Below are positions 29,875 through 41,582 of a stretch of 64,000 bases of DNA, one piece after another. The stretch's first letter is position 1. The number at the start of each line of letters is the position of its first letter. Position numbers and translations under genes: made by a program. Where the stretch lies: contig VSIX01000003.1 of NCBI GenBank assembly GCA_008086245.1, forward strand, positions 1-64,000. The letters are read 5' to 3'. This stretch comes from Candidatus Mcinerneyibacterium aminivorans (GTDB lineage: Bacteria > Macinerneyibacteriota > Macinerneyibacteria > Macinerneyibacteriales > Macinerneyibacteriaceae). The notes under the pieces were generated by a model, which had not been told where the DNA came from, searched no databases, and saw only the letters and a program-made list of their open reading frames with translations.

Positions 29875-31594
29875 AATTAAATCTATCTATTTAAAAATAT
29901 TTATATCTTTTCTTCTTCTTATTGCTGTAATTACAGGATTTTTTTTATATTTCAGCTATAATACAATTTATAATAATTATATCGATAGTAAAACAGAGTC
30001 ATTGAAAAAAATAAACTATTTTCTTGAATCAACTGTTTCAGAATTTATTGATAATCCCGAATCTCTTGATAAAAAGATTAAAGAACTTGGAAATAAAACA
30101 GATGTAAGAATTACAATTGTAAAAAAGAACGGTGAAGTAATAGCTGATTCATTTAATAATCCCAAAAATATGGAAAATCACAAAAACAGAATAGAACTGG
30201 TTAATTCACTGGATAAAGGATCCGGCAAAGCGGTTCGATACAGTGAGACAGAAGATAAAAGAATGCTTTATGTTGCTATAACTTATAATGAAAATGAAGA
30301 AGTTAAAGCATTTATTCGATCCAGCTTATACCTGGATGATATAAAAACTACAATTAATGAATTATTTGAAAGAATATTTGTGATTTCTATTTTAATAATT
30401 GTTTTTTCATTACTTGGGGCCTATATTTTTGCAAAAACGATATCCCATCCCATTAAAAGATTAACAGAAGCTTCCAGCGAGGTGGCAGAAGGAAATTTTG
30501 ATGTTAAAGTATATTTGAATAAAAAAGATGAATTCGGTGTTCTTGCAAATAGTTTTAATTATATGACAGAAAGAATTAATAGATTGTTTTCAGAAGTTAG
30601 GGAAAATCAAAAAAAACTGGAAGCAATAATAGAATCTATTCAGGAACTTCTTTTTGTTATAAATAACGAAGGCAAAATAAAGTTAAGTAATAATAATTTT
30701 AAAAAATATTTTAAAATTGATGATTCCGGGGATAAATCATTCTATGAAATAATCTCTGAACCTGACATGATCGAATTATTTGAAAAGATTAAGAAAAATA
30801 AAACAAATCTTGTAAAAGAAATTGAAATGGATGATAAAATATTCCTGGTAAGTCTGTCTTATGTTAGGGAATCCGAGGATATTATAGGATTGCTTCATGA
30901 TCTTACAGAATACAGAATGTTAAATAAAATAAAAAAAGATTTTGTTTATAATGTTTCCCATGAATTGAAAACTCCGTTAACTTCAATAAAAGGATTCTCC
31001 GAAACATTACTTTCAAATAAAAATTTTAACAAAAATTATATACAAATTATTAAAAAAAATACTGATAGAATGATAAAAATAGTAAAAGATTTGCTAACAT
31101 TATCCGAACTCGAGATTAATCAGAATATAAAAAAGGAAAAAGTTAATCTCGAGGATCCAATTGAAAATGCCTTTGTGATTGTAAAAGAAAAAGCTGAAAA
31201 TAAGGGCTTGAAACTTAGTAAAAAGCTCCCTGGGGACGAATTTATTATAGAAGGAGATAAATTTAAACTCGAACAGCTGTTCATAAATCTGCTGGATAAT
31301 GCTGTTAAGTACACCAATAAAGGATCTGTTAGAATATCTGCAAGAGAGCTGAATGATGATAGAGTTCAGGTGATAATAGAGGATACAGGTATCGGAATAG
31401 CCAAAAAACATCTAAATAGAATTTTTGAAAGGTTTTATGTAGTTGATAAAAGCCGCTCAAGAAAAAAAGGCGGGACCGGATTGGGTTTATCCATAGTGAA
31501 GCATATATTAAAGTTACATGATGCTGAAATGGATGTTCAATCCAAAAAAAACAAAGGGACAAAGTTTACTATTTTTTTTAACAAAAAAATATAA
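29867..31594 (+). CDS. phoR: Sensor histidine kinase (PhoR-like): TM, HAMP, PAS, HisKA, HATPase_c
   Basis: H-box FVYNVSHELKTPLTSIKGF; G-boxes DTGIGI / GGTGLGLSIVK; start overlaps the phoB stop. Confidence 0.85.
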   Translation: MFKIKSIYLKIFISFLLLIAVITGFFLYFSYNTIYNNYIDSKTESLKKINYFLESTVSEFIDNPESLDKKIKELGNKTDVRITIVKKNGEVIADSFNNPKNMENHKNRIELVNSLDKGSGKAVRYSETEDKRMLYVAITYNENEEVKAFIRSSLYLDDIKTTINELFERIFVISILIIVFSLLGAYIFAKTISHPIKRLTEASSEVAEGNFDVKVYLNKKDEFGVLANSFNYMTERINRLFSEVRENQKKLEAIIESIQELLFVINNEGKIKLSNNNFKKYFKIDDSGDKSFYEIISEPDMIELFEKIKKNKTNLVKEIEMDDKIFLVSLSYVRESEDIIGLLHDLTEYRMLNKIKKDFVYNVSHELKTPLTSIKGFSETLLSNKNFNKNYIQIIKKNTDRMIKIVKDLLTLSELEINQNIKKEKVNLEDPIENAFVIVKEKAENKGLKLSKKLPGDEFIIEGDKFKLEQLFINLLDNAVKYTNKGSVRISARELNDDRVQVIIEDTGIGIAKKHLNRIFERFYVVDKSRSRKKGGTGLGLSIVKHILKLHDAEMDVQSKKNKGTKFTIFFNKKI

Positions 31595-31793
31595 GCTTAA
31601 ATTGAAATATCTGGACATTCTATCTGAAAAATAAATATCCGAGAAATTATTTTTTTAATATAATTTAATGAATTTAAATGAGAAAATATGATTTTGAATC
31701 TCCGGACATCGACAAAGATAACTTAATTTATTTTTATATTGGTTCTTGATTTGGGGGCCTTTTTTGGTATAATATCTGTCAAGAGGTATTTCT

Positions 31794-32645
31794 ATGAAAA
31801 AATTTACTATTATAATTATTCCGCCAGGTAGTACTAAAATGAAAAAGCTTAGATTGGGGAAGATCCCTTTCTTTATGCTGGTTCTTTTTTTACTGCTTGT
31901 AATTACTTATTCAGTATGGCTTGCATTTAATTTTTCTTCCTATGTTTATCAAAAAGAAAAAAATGAACAGCTCTCGGCAAGATATGACACACTTGTTAAA
32001 GAAAGAAAAAAGGACAAACAAAAACTTAAAAAAATAAAGAAGGAACTTTCACAGCTTGAAAATATGATGGGTAAAATATCCAATATAATGGGAGTAAAAA
32101 TTGATAAAGAGGTTAACAACAAAAAGGATTATTATCAGAGTTATGAAAAAAAATGGATAGGAGAAAAGTTAAAGGAATATAACTATGTTACACGGGATAG
32201 TTATATGAATTTATCGGCACCAAAATTTATACCTGTTAGTGGATGGATATCATCCAGGTTTGGAACCAGAAAATCTCCTTATACCAGCAAAAATGAATTT
32301 CACCCGGCAGTTGATATTATTGCTCCTATGGGAAGAACCATACGCGCTGCAGCCAGTGGAAAAGTTGTAAATATTAAAGAAGACCCTACTATGGGAAAAG
32401 TTTTATATATATATAATAAGTGGGGATATTTGACCAAGTATGCTCATAATAATAAAATATTTGTAAATATAGGGGATAAAGTTGAAATTGGAGATAAAAT
32501 TGCAGAAGTTGGGGTAAGTGGTAAAACAACCGGCCCCCATCTACATTTTCAAATGGAATTATTAAGAATTCCTGTAGATCCAGAAAAATATGGCATGGAA
32601 TTAAGTGATAAAAGAATATTTGAAAAATCAGGAGGGAATGAGTAA
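31794..32645 (+). CDS. M23-family (LytM) metallo-endopeptidase with N-terminal TM anchor and coiled coil
   Basis: HPAVDI...(HxxxD) and GPHLHFQM (HxH) zinc motifs; 283 aa. Confidence 0.8.
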   Translation: MKKFTIIIIPPGSTKMKKLRLGKIPFFMLVLFLLLVITYSVWLAFNFSSYVYQKEKNEQLSARYDTLVKERKKDKQKLKKIKKELSQLENMMGKISNIMGVKIDKEVNNKKDYYQSYEKKWIGEKLKEYNYVTRDSYMNLSAPKFIPVSGWISSRFGTRKSPYTSKNEFHPAVDIIAPMGRTIRAAASGKVVNIKEDPTMGKVLYIYNKWGYLTKYAHNNKIFVNIGDKVEIGDKIAEVGVSGKTTGPHLHFQMELLRIPVDPEKYGMELSDKRIFEKSGGNE

Positions 32646-32971
32646 TGGCAAAAAATAATTATGATATGAATACTATACTTGGCGAGAATTCTAACTACGA
32701 AGGTGATATGAAAATTGAAGGAAGTATGAGAGTTGAAGGTATTTTTAAGGGAGAAATAACAGCAAGTTCTGTAGTAGTTGGAAAAAATGCCAAATTAGAG
32801 GCTAATATAAATGCTGATAGTGTTATTGTTGGTGGAGAAGTTAACGGTAATATAAATACAACCAAGGAGCTTACTCTACAAAAAACGGGAAAAATAATAG
32901 GAGATGTCGAAACTCCTACATTAGTTGTGGAAGATGGAGCGATTCTTCAGGGAAACTGCAAAATGAAATAA
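32645..32971 (+). CDS. Bactofilin (CcmA-like polymer-forming cytoskeletal protein, DUF583 beta-helix)
   Basis: 108 aa of repeated hydrophobic-x-G beta-helix windings (MKIEGSMRVEGIFKGEITASSVVVGKNAKLEANINADSVIVGGEVNGNINT...); start codon overlaps the M23 peptidase stop. Confidence 0.75.
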   Translation: MAKNNYDMNTILGENSNYEGDMKIEGSMRVEGIFKGEITASSVVVGKNAKLEANINADSVIVGGEVNGNINTTKELTLQKTGKIIGDVETPTLVVEDGAILQGNCKMK

Positions 32972-32972
32972 T

Positions 32973-33230
32973 ATGGATTTGAATGATTATTTACGATATT
33001 TCTATATCTTTTCACAGCTTGGATTTGTAGTCGTTGTATCCATTGTAATATTTATATATTTAGGAAACTATATTGATAAAAATATATGGCACACCGGTGG
33101 GGTATTTACGGTGTTAGGTATTTTTTTGGGTATTTTTTCAGCAGGATTTAATTCTTATAAAATATATAAAAAGTATATAGATGAATTGGAAAAAATTGAC
33201 AGGAACGACAGAGACAGAGACAAAAAATAA
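32973..33230 (+). CDS. Small 2-TM membrane protein, AtpZ/AtpI-family-like (putative ATP synthase accessory protein)
   Basis: 85 aa, two hydrophobic helices, positioned directly upstream of atpI-atpB. Confidence 0.45.
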   Translation: MDLNDYLRYFYIFSQLGFVVVVSIVIFIYLGNYIDKNIWHTGGVFTVLGIFLGIFSAGFNSYKIYKKYIDELEKIDRNDRDRDKK

Positions 33231-33311
33231 GCAGGTATTGACATTGTTGCTACATAAAATTTTTGTTGACAGTATATTTTTATCGTGATACCTTTCACGA
33301 AAGGATGAGTT

Positions 33312-33689
33312 ATGGAATATTCAGTAATGAAAGTACTATTAAATAAGATATTAACATTTGTTGGAATTATAATTTCTGTTATCTTGTATGCAGTAACAGA
33401 TGTAAGTATAGCTTTAGGATTTTTAGCAGGAATTATTGTTATGCTTATAAACTGGAAGCTTCTTGCATGGCAGAATGAAAAAATTGTAAAAGGTGAAAAG
33501 AAACCCAGTTATGCATATGCATTTTATTTTTTCAGGTATGCTATTATTGGTGCCGTTTTGTTTTTATCTTTTAAATTTGAAAATATAGATGGTTATGGTA
33601 CAATAGCAGGTGTTATATTTGCCTTGATTTATGCATTTATTTTTGCTCTTTTCATAAGCAAAAAAGAAAGGGGAAACCAGGATGAATGA
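33312..33689 (+). CDS. atpI: ATP synthase protein I (AtpI)-like 4-TM membrane protein
   Basis: 125 aa, four hydrophobic helices, immediately upstream of and overlapping atpB. Confidence 0.5.
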   Translation: MEYSVMKVLLNKILTFVGIIISVILYAVTDVSIALGFLAGIIVMLINWKLLAWQNEKIVKGEKKPSYAYAFYFFRYAIIGAVLFLSFKFENIDGYGTIAGVIFALIYAFIFALFISKKERGNQDE

Positions 33690-34377
33690 GGTTGGCTCAA
33701 TAGATACAACATCTTTTCAAATAGGAGATTTAAATATAGTTTTTAATCATCATACACTGATAATGATATGGATTGTAATTTTTGTTATTTGTATTACTTT
33801 ATATCTATTAACAAGAAATATGACAAAAATACCTTCAAGAGGACAAACAGTAGTGGAAATGCTTATTGATTATTTTGATCAATTAGCTAAAGAGTCCTTG
33901 GGGGAAAATCATAGGAGATATTTACCGTTTATAGTAACAATATTTTTGTTTGTTTTGGTTTCAAACTGGATTGGAATTGTACCTTTAATGGATGAACCCA
34001 CCAAGGATTTAAATACTCCTATGGGAATAGGTATTTTAGTTTTATTTGTTACTATTTATTCGGGAATTAGATATAATGGATTTTTTGGATTTGTAAAAGA
34101 GTTTTTTGAACCTGTATGGTTCTTATTTCCAATAAATGTAGTTGGTGAGATTGGAAAATTTATTTCACTAATATTCCGTTTGTTTGGAAATGTTTTTGGG
34201 GGTACTGTAATTGTATGGGTTGGTTTCACTATGTTGTTAAAAACCTGGTGGACCGGATGGGTTCTATTATTTCTTGGCCCGGCCCTTTATGGTTTTTTTG
34301 GTCTGTTCATCGGGGCAATTCAGGCTTTTGTTTTTACTATGCTTTCGATGACTTATATCTCCATAGTGAAAAATTGA
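33682..34377 (+). CDS. atpB: F0F1 ATP synthase subunit a
   Basis: Conserved stator Arg in FRLFGNVFGG; 231 aa, 5-6 TM. Confidence 0.85.
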   Translation: MNEVGSIDTTSFQIGDLNIVFNHHTLIMIWIVIFVICITLYLLTRNMTKIPSRGQTVVEMLIDYFDQLAKESLGENHRRYLPFIVTIFLFVLVSNWIGIVPLMDEPTKDLNTPMGIGILVLFVTIYSGIRYNGFFGFVKEFFEPVWFLFPINVVGEIGKFISLIFRLFGNVFGGTVIVWVGFTMLLKTWWTGWVLLFLGPALYGFFGLFIGAIQAFVFTMLSMTYISIVKN

Positions 34378-34386
34378 GGAGAATAT

Positions 34387-34869
34387 ATGGAAGTTGTAAC
34401 TGAATTAGTTATATATTTAAGTGCTGGTATAGCAATGGGATTTGGAGCAATTGGATCTGGTATAGGGGAAGGCCTTGCAGGCGGTAAAGCTGTAGAAGCA
34501 GCTGCCAGACAACCAGGTGTGCAGGGTAAAGTTATGAAAACCATGTTAATTGGACAGGCAATTTCTGAATCAGGAGGCATTTATGCTTTAGTAGTAGCCG
34601 TTTTGCTGTTGTTTACAGCCCCGCATGAAGCACTATCAGTAGGTAAAATTGCAGCTCTTCTTGGTTCTGGGATATGCATGGGATTTGGTGCATTGGGACC
34701 CGGATTAGGGATTGGATATGCTGCCAGCAAGGGAGTTGAAGGTGTTGGTAGAAGTCCTCATAATGAACCGGTGATTTTTAGAACTATGCTTATCGGCCAG
34801 GCCGTTTCAGGATCTACAAGTATTTATGCTCTGGTAGTTTCGTTACTATTGTTGTTTGTTATTAAATAA
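34387..34869 (+). CDS. atpE: F0 ATP synthase subunit c, fused tandem double-hairpin form (4 TM, one carboxylate)
   Basis: 160 aa = two c-subunit hairpins in one ORF. Hairpin 1 has GQAISESGGIYALVV (ion-binding Glu present); hairpin 2 has GQAVSGSTSIYALVV (Glu replaced by Gly). Confidence 0.8.
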   Translation: MEVVTELVIYLSAGIAMGFGAIGSGIGEGLAGGKAVEAAARQPGVQGKVMKTMLIGQAISESGGIYALVVAVLLLFTAPHEALSVGKIAALLGSGICMGFGALGPGLGIGYAASKGVEGVGRSPHNEPVIFRTMLIGQAVSGSTSIYALVVSLLLLFVIK

Positions 34870-34892
34870 AAAAGGAAGGAAGGAGATAGATT

Positions 34893-35174
34893 ATGATAAA
34901 TATTGTCGATATGTTAAAAGAGATATCAATTTCGGGTGATCAAATAGTTAGAAGTGCTGCTCTTCTTGGAGCAGGAATAGCTATGGGTGTTGGTGCTATT
35001 GGTCCTGGTATTGGAGAGGGTTTTGCTGCAGGGAAAGCCTGTGAGGGCATATCAAAAAGACCCGAGGAAAGCGGTCTTTTAACCAGAACAATGCTTGTTG
35101 GACAGGCTGTATCTGAATCAACCGGGATATATTCATTAGTTATTGCTCTACTTCTTATATTTGTTGTTGCCTAA
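34893..35174 (+). CDS. atpE: F0 ATP synthase subunit c, single-hairpin form with Na+-type binding signature
   Basis: MLVGQAVSESTGIYSLVIALLLIF is near-identical to the E65-S66-T67...Y70 Na+-binding helix of Ilyobacter/Propionigenium c subunits. Confidence 0.8.
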   Translation: MINIVDMLKEISISGDQIVRSAALLGAGIAMGVGAIGPGIGEGFAAGKACEGISKRPEESGLLTRTMLVGQAVSESTGIYSLVIALLLIFVVA

Positions 35175-35192
35175 GCTTAAAGGAGTTGAATT

Positions 35193-35690
35193 ATGAATGA
35201 TACTCTTTTAAATGCTACTACAATTTTATCTGCATTAAGCTTCATTATATTGCTGGTATTACTTAAAAAATATGTTTACAATATCGTATTGAAAGTTATT
35301 GATGAACGAAGAGAAGAAATAAAAAATAAAATCGAAACTGCAAATGAAAGAAAAGAAGAGGCTGAAGAACTAAAAAATCAGTATTCAAAACGACTTGAAG
35401 AAGCTTATACTAAAGCGGAAGAAATTAAAGATGATATTGTTGCTACAGCTGAAAATGAAAAGAAAGAAATTGTAAAACAGGCCAAAAAAGAGTCGGAAAA
35501 CATTAAAGAAAAGGCTCAAAAAGAAATTGATATGCAGGTAAGAAAAGTTAAGGAACAGTTAAGACGGGAAACTGCAGATATATCGGTTGAAATAGCTAAA
35601 ACTATTTTAGAAAAAGAAATTGATAAAAAGGAACATAAAGAATTAATCAAGGACTTTCTCGAAGGTCTGGGTGAGGAACGTGGCAAATGA
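35193..35690 (+). CDS. atpF: F0 ATP synthase subunit b
   Basis: N-terminal TM then long charged helix; 165 aa; operon position. Confidence 0.8.
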   Translation: MNDTLLNATTILSALSFIILLVLLKKYVYNIVLKVIDERREEIKNKIETANERKEEAEELKNQYSKRLEEAYTKAEEIKDDIVATAENEKKEIVKQAKKESENIKEKAQKEIDMQVRKVKEQLRRETADISVEIAKTILEKEIDKKEHKELIKDFLEGLGEERGK

Positions 35691-36228
35691 ACCAGTAGCT
35701 ATTAAATATTCCACAGCATTATTTAATGTAGCAGTTGATTCTGATATCAATGATGATGTTTTAGAACTATTAAAAGTAATGCAAAATGCTTTTGTTGAGA
35801 ATATAAAATTGTATCAAACATTTATTAATCCGGAAATTGCAAAAAAAACAAAACTAAATATTGTAAGTGAAATATTAAAAGGTAAAAAAGCCAATGAACT
35901 GGTTTTAAAATTCTTTGAACTCCTATTTGAAAAGGGAAGAATTAATATTTTTGATGAAATTGTAAAACAGTATGATCTTTTAAATAAAGAAGAGAACGGA
36001 ATATTAGATGTAAAAGTCTACAGTGCTTTTGAATTGCATAATGATACTAAAAAGTTAATTAAAGATAAATTAAAGGAATATTATCCCGGTAGTAAGGAAG
36101 TACAATTAAATATTAAGGTTGATGAGAAATTAATTGGTGGAATTAAGCTTGAAATGAGAGGTAAAATTTTCGATGGAAGCATATCCGGGTATTTAAGTAA
36201 AATGAAAAAAACATTGAGAGGTGAGTGA
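35671..36228 (+). CDS. atpH: F1 ATP synthase subunit delta (OSCP)
   Basis: 185 aa; OSCP-like; GTG start overlapping the atpF end. Confidence 0.75.
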   Translation: MRNVANEPVAIKYSTALFNVAVDSDINDDVLELLKVMQNAFVENIKLYQTFINPEIAKKTKLNIVSEILKGKKANELVLKFFELLFEKGRINIFDEIVKQYDLLNKEENGILDVKVYSAFELHNDTKKLIKDKLKEYYPGSKEVQLNIKVDEKLIGGIKLEMRGKIFDGSISGYLSKMKKTLRGE

Positions 36229-37850
36229 TACCTGTGGCTAATATAAGGTCAGATGAAATTAAAGATATATTACAAAAACAGCTTGAGGGCTATGAAAAAG
36301 AAACAGATATTTCGCAAGTAGGAACTGTTATAGAAGTTGGAGATGGAATTGCTAACGCATACGGTTTGAAAGATGCTATGGCATCAGAGCTCGTTGAGTT
36401 CGATTCAGGATTAAATGGTTTAATTTTGAATTTGAATGAAAACAGTGTTGGAATAGTTGTTTTTGGTGAAACCAGAATGATCAAAGAAGGGGATAAAGTA
36501 AAAACTACCGGTAAAATTTTACAAACAAAGGTAGGACCCGAACTTCTTGGTAGAGTTGTTAATCCTCTTGCCGAACCGCTTGACGGTAAAGGTGAGATAA
36601 ACGCATCAGAAACTGCTAATATTGAAAAAATTGCTCCGGGAATTGTTTATAGAAAACCTGTTGAAGTTCCATTACAATCAGGGGTAAAAGCAATTGATTC
36701 AATGATTCCTATTGGTAGAGGGCAGCGTGAGTTAATTATAGGGGATAGAAAGACAGGTAAAACGGCTCTTGCTGTGGATACAATAATTAACCAAAAAGAC
36801 AATGATGTGAAGTGTATATATGTTGCTATTGGTCAAAAGAGATCAACTGTAGCAAGTCTGGTGGAAACATTTGAACAATACGGGGCGATGGAGTACACAA
36901 CAGTTGTAGCTGCTACTGCAAGTGATCCTACTCCATTACAGTATATTGCTCCTTATGCCGGTTGTGCAATAGGAGAATACTACAGAGATAATGGAGAAGA
37001 TGCTTTAATCGTTTATGATGATTTATCCAAGCATGCTGTTGCTTACAGAGAAATGTCTCTGGTATTGAGACGTCCCCCAGGTCGTGAAGCTTATCCTGGA
37101 GATATATTTTATCTTCATTCAAGACTTCTTGAAAGAGCTGCTAAACTGAATGATGATGAAGGTGGAGGAAGTTTAACTGCATTACCGATTGTTGAAACAA
37201 AAGCTGGAGATGTTTCAGCTTATATTCCAACAAATGTTATCTCTATTACGGATGGACAAATTTATTTAAAATCGGATCTTTTTTATTCCGGGGTTAGACC
37301 TGCAGTTGATGTAGGTATTTCTGTATCAAGAGTTGGTGGAAATGCACAAATTAAGGCCATGAAACAGATAGCCGGGGATTTAAGATTGGACCTGGCTCAG
37401 TATAGAGAAATGGAATCATTTGCCCAGTTTGGAGCCGAGCTTGATGAAGCTACAAAGGCACAGCTGACCAGAGGAGAAAAGCTGGTTGAATTATTAAAGC
37501 AGGGCGAACATGTGCCAATGTCTGTATATGAACAAATACTTCAGTTATTCATAGGGGTAAATGGATACCTCGATGATATTAAAACCGAAGATGTTGAAGA
37601 ATTTGTATCTGAAACTGTGGAATTTATTAAATCCAAAGGTGAAGATGCTTTGGAAAAACTTAAGGAAAAAAAGAAATTTGATGAAGAACTTGAAAAAAAG
37701 TTAAAAGATTTAATTGAAGAATTTAAAGAGGCTTATTCTGCGAAATTTGAGAAAGAAAAAGAGGAAGAAGATAATGAGGAAAAAACTGCTGATGAAATAA
37801 ATACTGAGGAAGAAAAAAAAGAAACCAAAAAAGATGAAGAAGAAAAATAA
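36225..37850 (+). CDS. atpA: F1 ATP synthase subunit alpha with acidic/lysine-rich C-terminal extension
   Basis: Walker [10 protein letters not shown]; 541 aa versus about 505 typical. The extra C-terminal ~40 aa are E/K-rich ([62 protein letters not shown]). Confidence 0.85.
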   Translation: MIPVANIRSDEIKDILQKQLEGYEKETDISQVGTVIEVGDGIANAYGLKDAMASELVEFDSGLNGLILNLNENSVGIVVFGETRMIKEGDKVKTTGKILQTKVGPELLGRVVNPLAEPLDGKGEINASETANIEKIAPGIVYRKPVEVPLQSGVKAIDSMIPIGRGQRELIIGDRKTGKTALAVDTIINQKDNDVKCIYVAIGQKRSTVASLVETFEQYGAMEYTTVVAATASDPTPLQYIAPYAGCAIGEYYRDNGEDALIVYDDLSKHAVAYREMSLVLRRPPGREAYPGDIFYLHSRLLERAAKLNDDEGGGSLTALPIVETKAGDVSAYIPTNVISITDGQIYLKSDLFYSGVRPAVDVGISVSRVGGNAQIKAMKQIAGDLRLDLAQYREMESFAQFGAELDEATKAQLTRGEKLVELLKQGEHVPMSVYEQILQLFIGVNGYLDDIKTEDVEEFVSETVEFIKSKGEDALEKLKEKKKFDEELEKKLKDLIEEFKEAYSAKFEKEKEEEDNEEKTADEINTEEEKKETKKDEEEK

Positions 37851-37876
37851 GTGATATAAATTAAGAGGTTGATAAA

Positions 37877-40304
<2,428 letters not shown>

Positions 40305-40322
40305 GATAATAAAGGGTTAATT

Positions 40323-40724
40323 ATGGCTGAAAAAATACATTTGAAAATATTGGTCCCTGAAGGAATAAAATATGAGGAAGATGTTTCTCAGGTTATACTT
40401 CCAGGAGAAGCTGGAGAATTCTCTGTTGTAAAAAAACATATTTCTATGATAACTCCTCTTAAAATAGGACAGATTGAAATTGTTAGTGGAGAAGAAAGTA
40501 GAAAGTTGATGGCTGCAGCAGGGGGGATTTCCAGGGTTGAACCCGAATATATCACCTTGATTTTAAGAGCTGCAGAATTTGAAGATGAAATAGACGTTAA
40601 TAGGGCTGAAGCAGCAAAAAAAAGAGCTGAAAAAAGATTAAATAGTGACAAAAAAGAAATAGATTATAATAGAGCAGAAAGAGCATTAAGAAGAGCGGTT
40701 AATCGTTTAAATGTCGCAAAATAA
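40323..40724 (+). CDS. atpC: F1 ATP synthase subunit epsilon
   Basis: 133 aa; beta-sandwich plus C-terminal helical hairpin pattern; operon position. Confidence 0.8.
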   Translation: MAEKIHLKILVPEGIKYEEDVSQVILPGEAGEFSVVKKHISMITPLKIGQIEIVSGEESRKLMAAAGGISRVEPEYITLILRAAEFEDEIDVNRAEAAKKRAEKRLNSDKKEIDYNRAERALRRAVNRLNVAK

Positions 40725-41415
40725 AGGTAATTATACGCTTGATGGGGTTGGCGATATCTATATCTACCAGCCCCAAAAGGGTTATAGATTTTCTGTAGAT
40801 TCTTTATTGTTATTTCTATATTCACCGGTGGTAAAAAAAAATAATATTCTCGATATAGGAGCAGGTACCGGTATTCTTTCATTTTTATTTGCCGATAAAT
40901 ATCCTCAAAAAAAAATAATATCCTATGAAATTCAAAAAGAATTTGTGAAATTAATGAAAAAAGGTATAAAAACTAACAAATTTAAAAATATCCAAATCAA
41001 ACAAAAGGATATAAAAAAAATTGATTTTAAAAGTATAAAAACTAAATTTGACCTTGTTGTTTGTAACCCTCCCTATAGAAAATATGGTCACGGAAGACTA
41101 AGTCCCTATCAAAATAAGAATATAGCAATTTATGACAAGTATTTAAAAATATCCGACCTTCTAGGAATTACAGAAAAACTTATGAATGTTAGCACGGTTC
41201 TTTCTATAGTTAATTTATATGAAAATAAAAAGTATATAAAAAAAATGGTAGATAAAACGGGATTAAGTATAAAAAAGGAGATTATTTTTCTAAAAAATAA
41301 TACTAATAAATTTATCATATTTCATATTAAAAATAGATATGATCAAAAAAGTGAAAAAAAATATGTTTCAGAAAATGAATGGAAATCTAAAGTTGAAAAA
41401 CTCTATAATAAATAA
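40711..41415 (+). CDS. Class I SAM-dependent N6-adenine methyltransferase (NPPY motif; tRNA m6A37 TrmN6/YfiC-like)
   Basis: Motif I DIGAGTGILS and motif IV VCNPPY; 234 aa. Confidence 0.6.
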   Translation: MSQNKGNYTLDGVGDIYIYQPQKGYRFSVDSLLLFLYSPVVKKNNILDIGAGTGILSFLFADKYPQKKIISYEIQKEFVKLMKKGIKTNKFKNIQIKQKDIKKIDFKSIKTKFDLVVCNPPYRKYGHGRLSPYQNKNIAIYDKYLKISDLLGITEKLMNVSTVLSIVNLYENKKYIKKMVDKTGLSIKKEIIFLKNNTNKFIIFHIKNRYDQKSEKKYVSENEWKSKVEKLYNK

Positions 41416-41488
41416 TATAAAAACATTGTTTAATAGAATGAGAATTCTTGACATAAACTATTAAAAATATATAATTATTTACGGAGAT

Positions 41489-41561
41489 GTGCCCGTAGCT
41501 CAATGGATAGAGCGGTAGATTCCGGATCTACAAGTTGAAGGTTCGAATCCTTTCGGGCACA
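41489..41561 (+). tRNA. tRNA-Arg (anticodon CCG)
   Basis: Cloverleaf by eye: acceptor GTGCCCG/CGGGCAC, D-arm GCTC..GAGC, anticodon stem GTAGA/TCTAC with loop TTCCGGA (CCG), T-arm GGTTCGAATCC, discriminator A; CCA not encoded. Confidence 0.85.
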
Positions 41562-41582
41562 TAATCGAGTTTTTAAAAAAGG

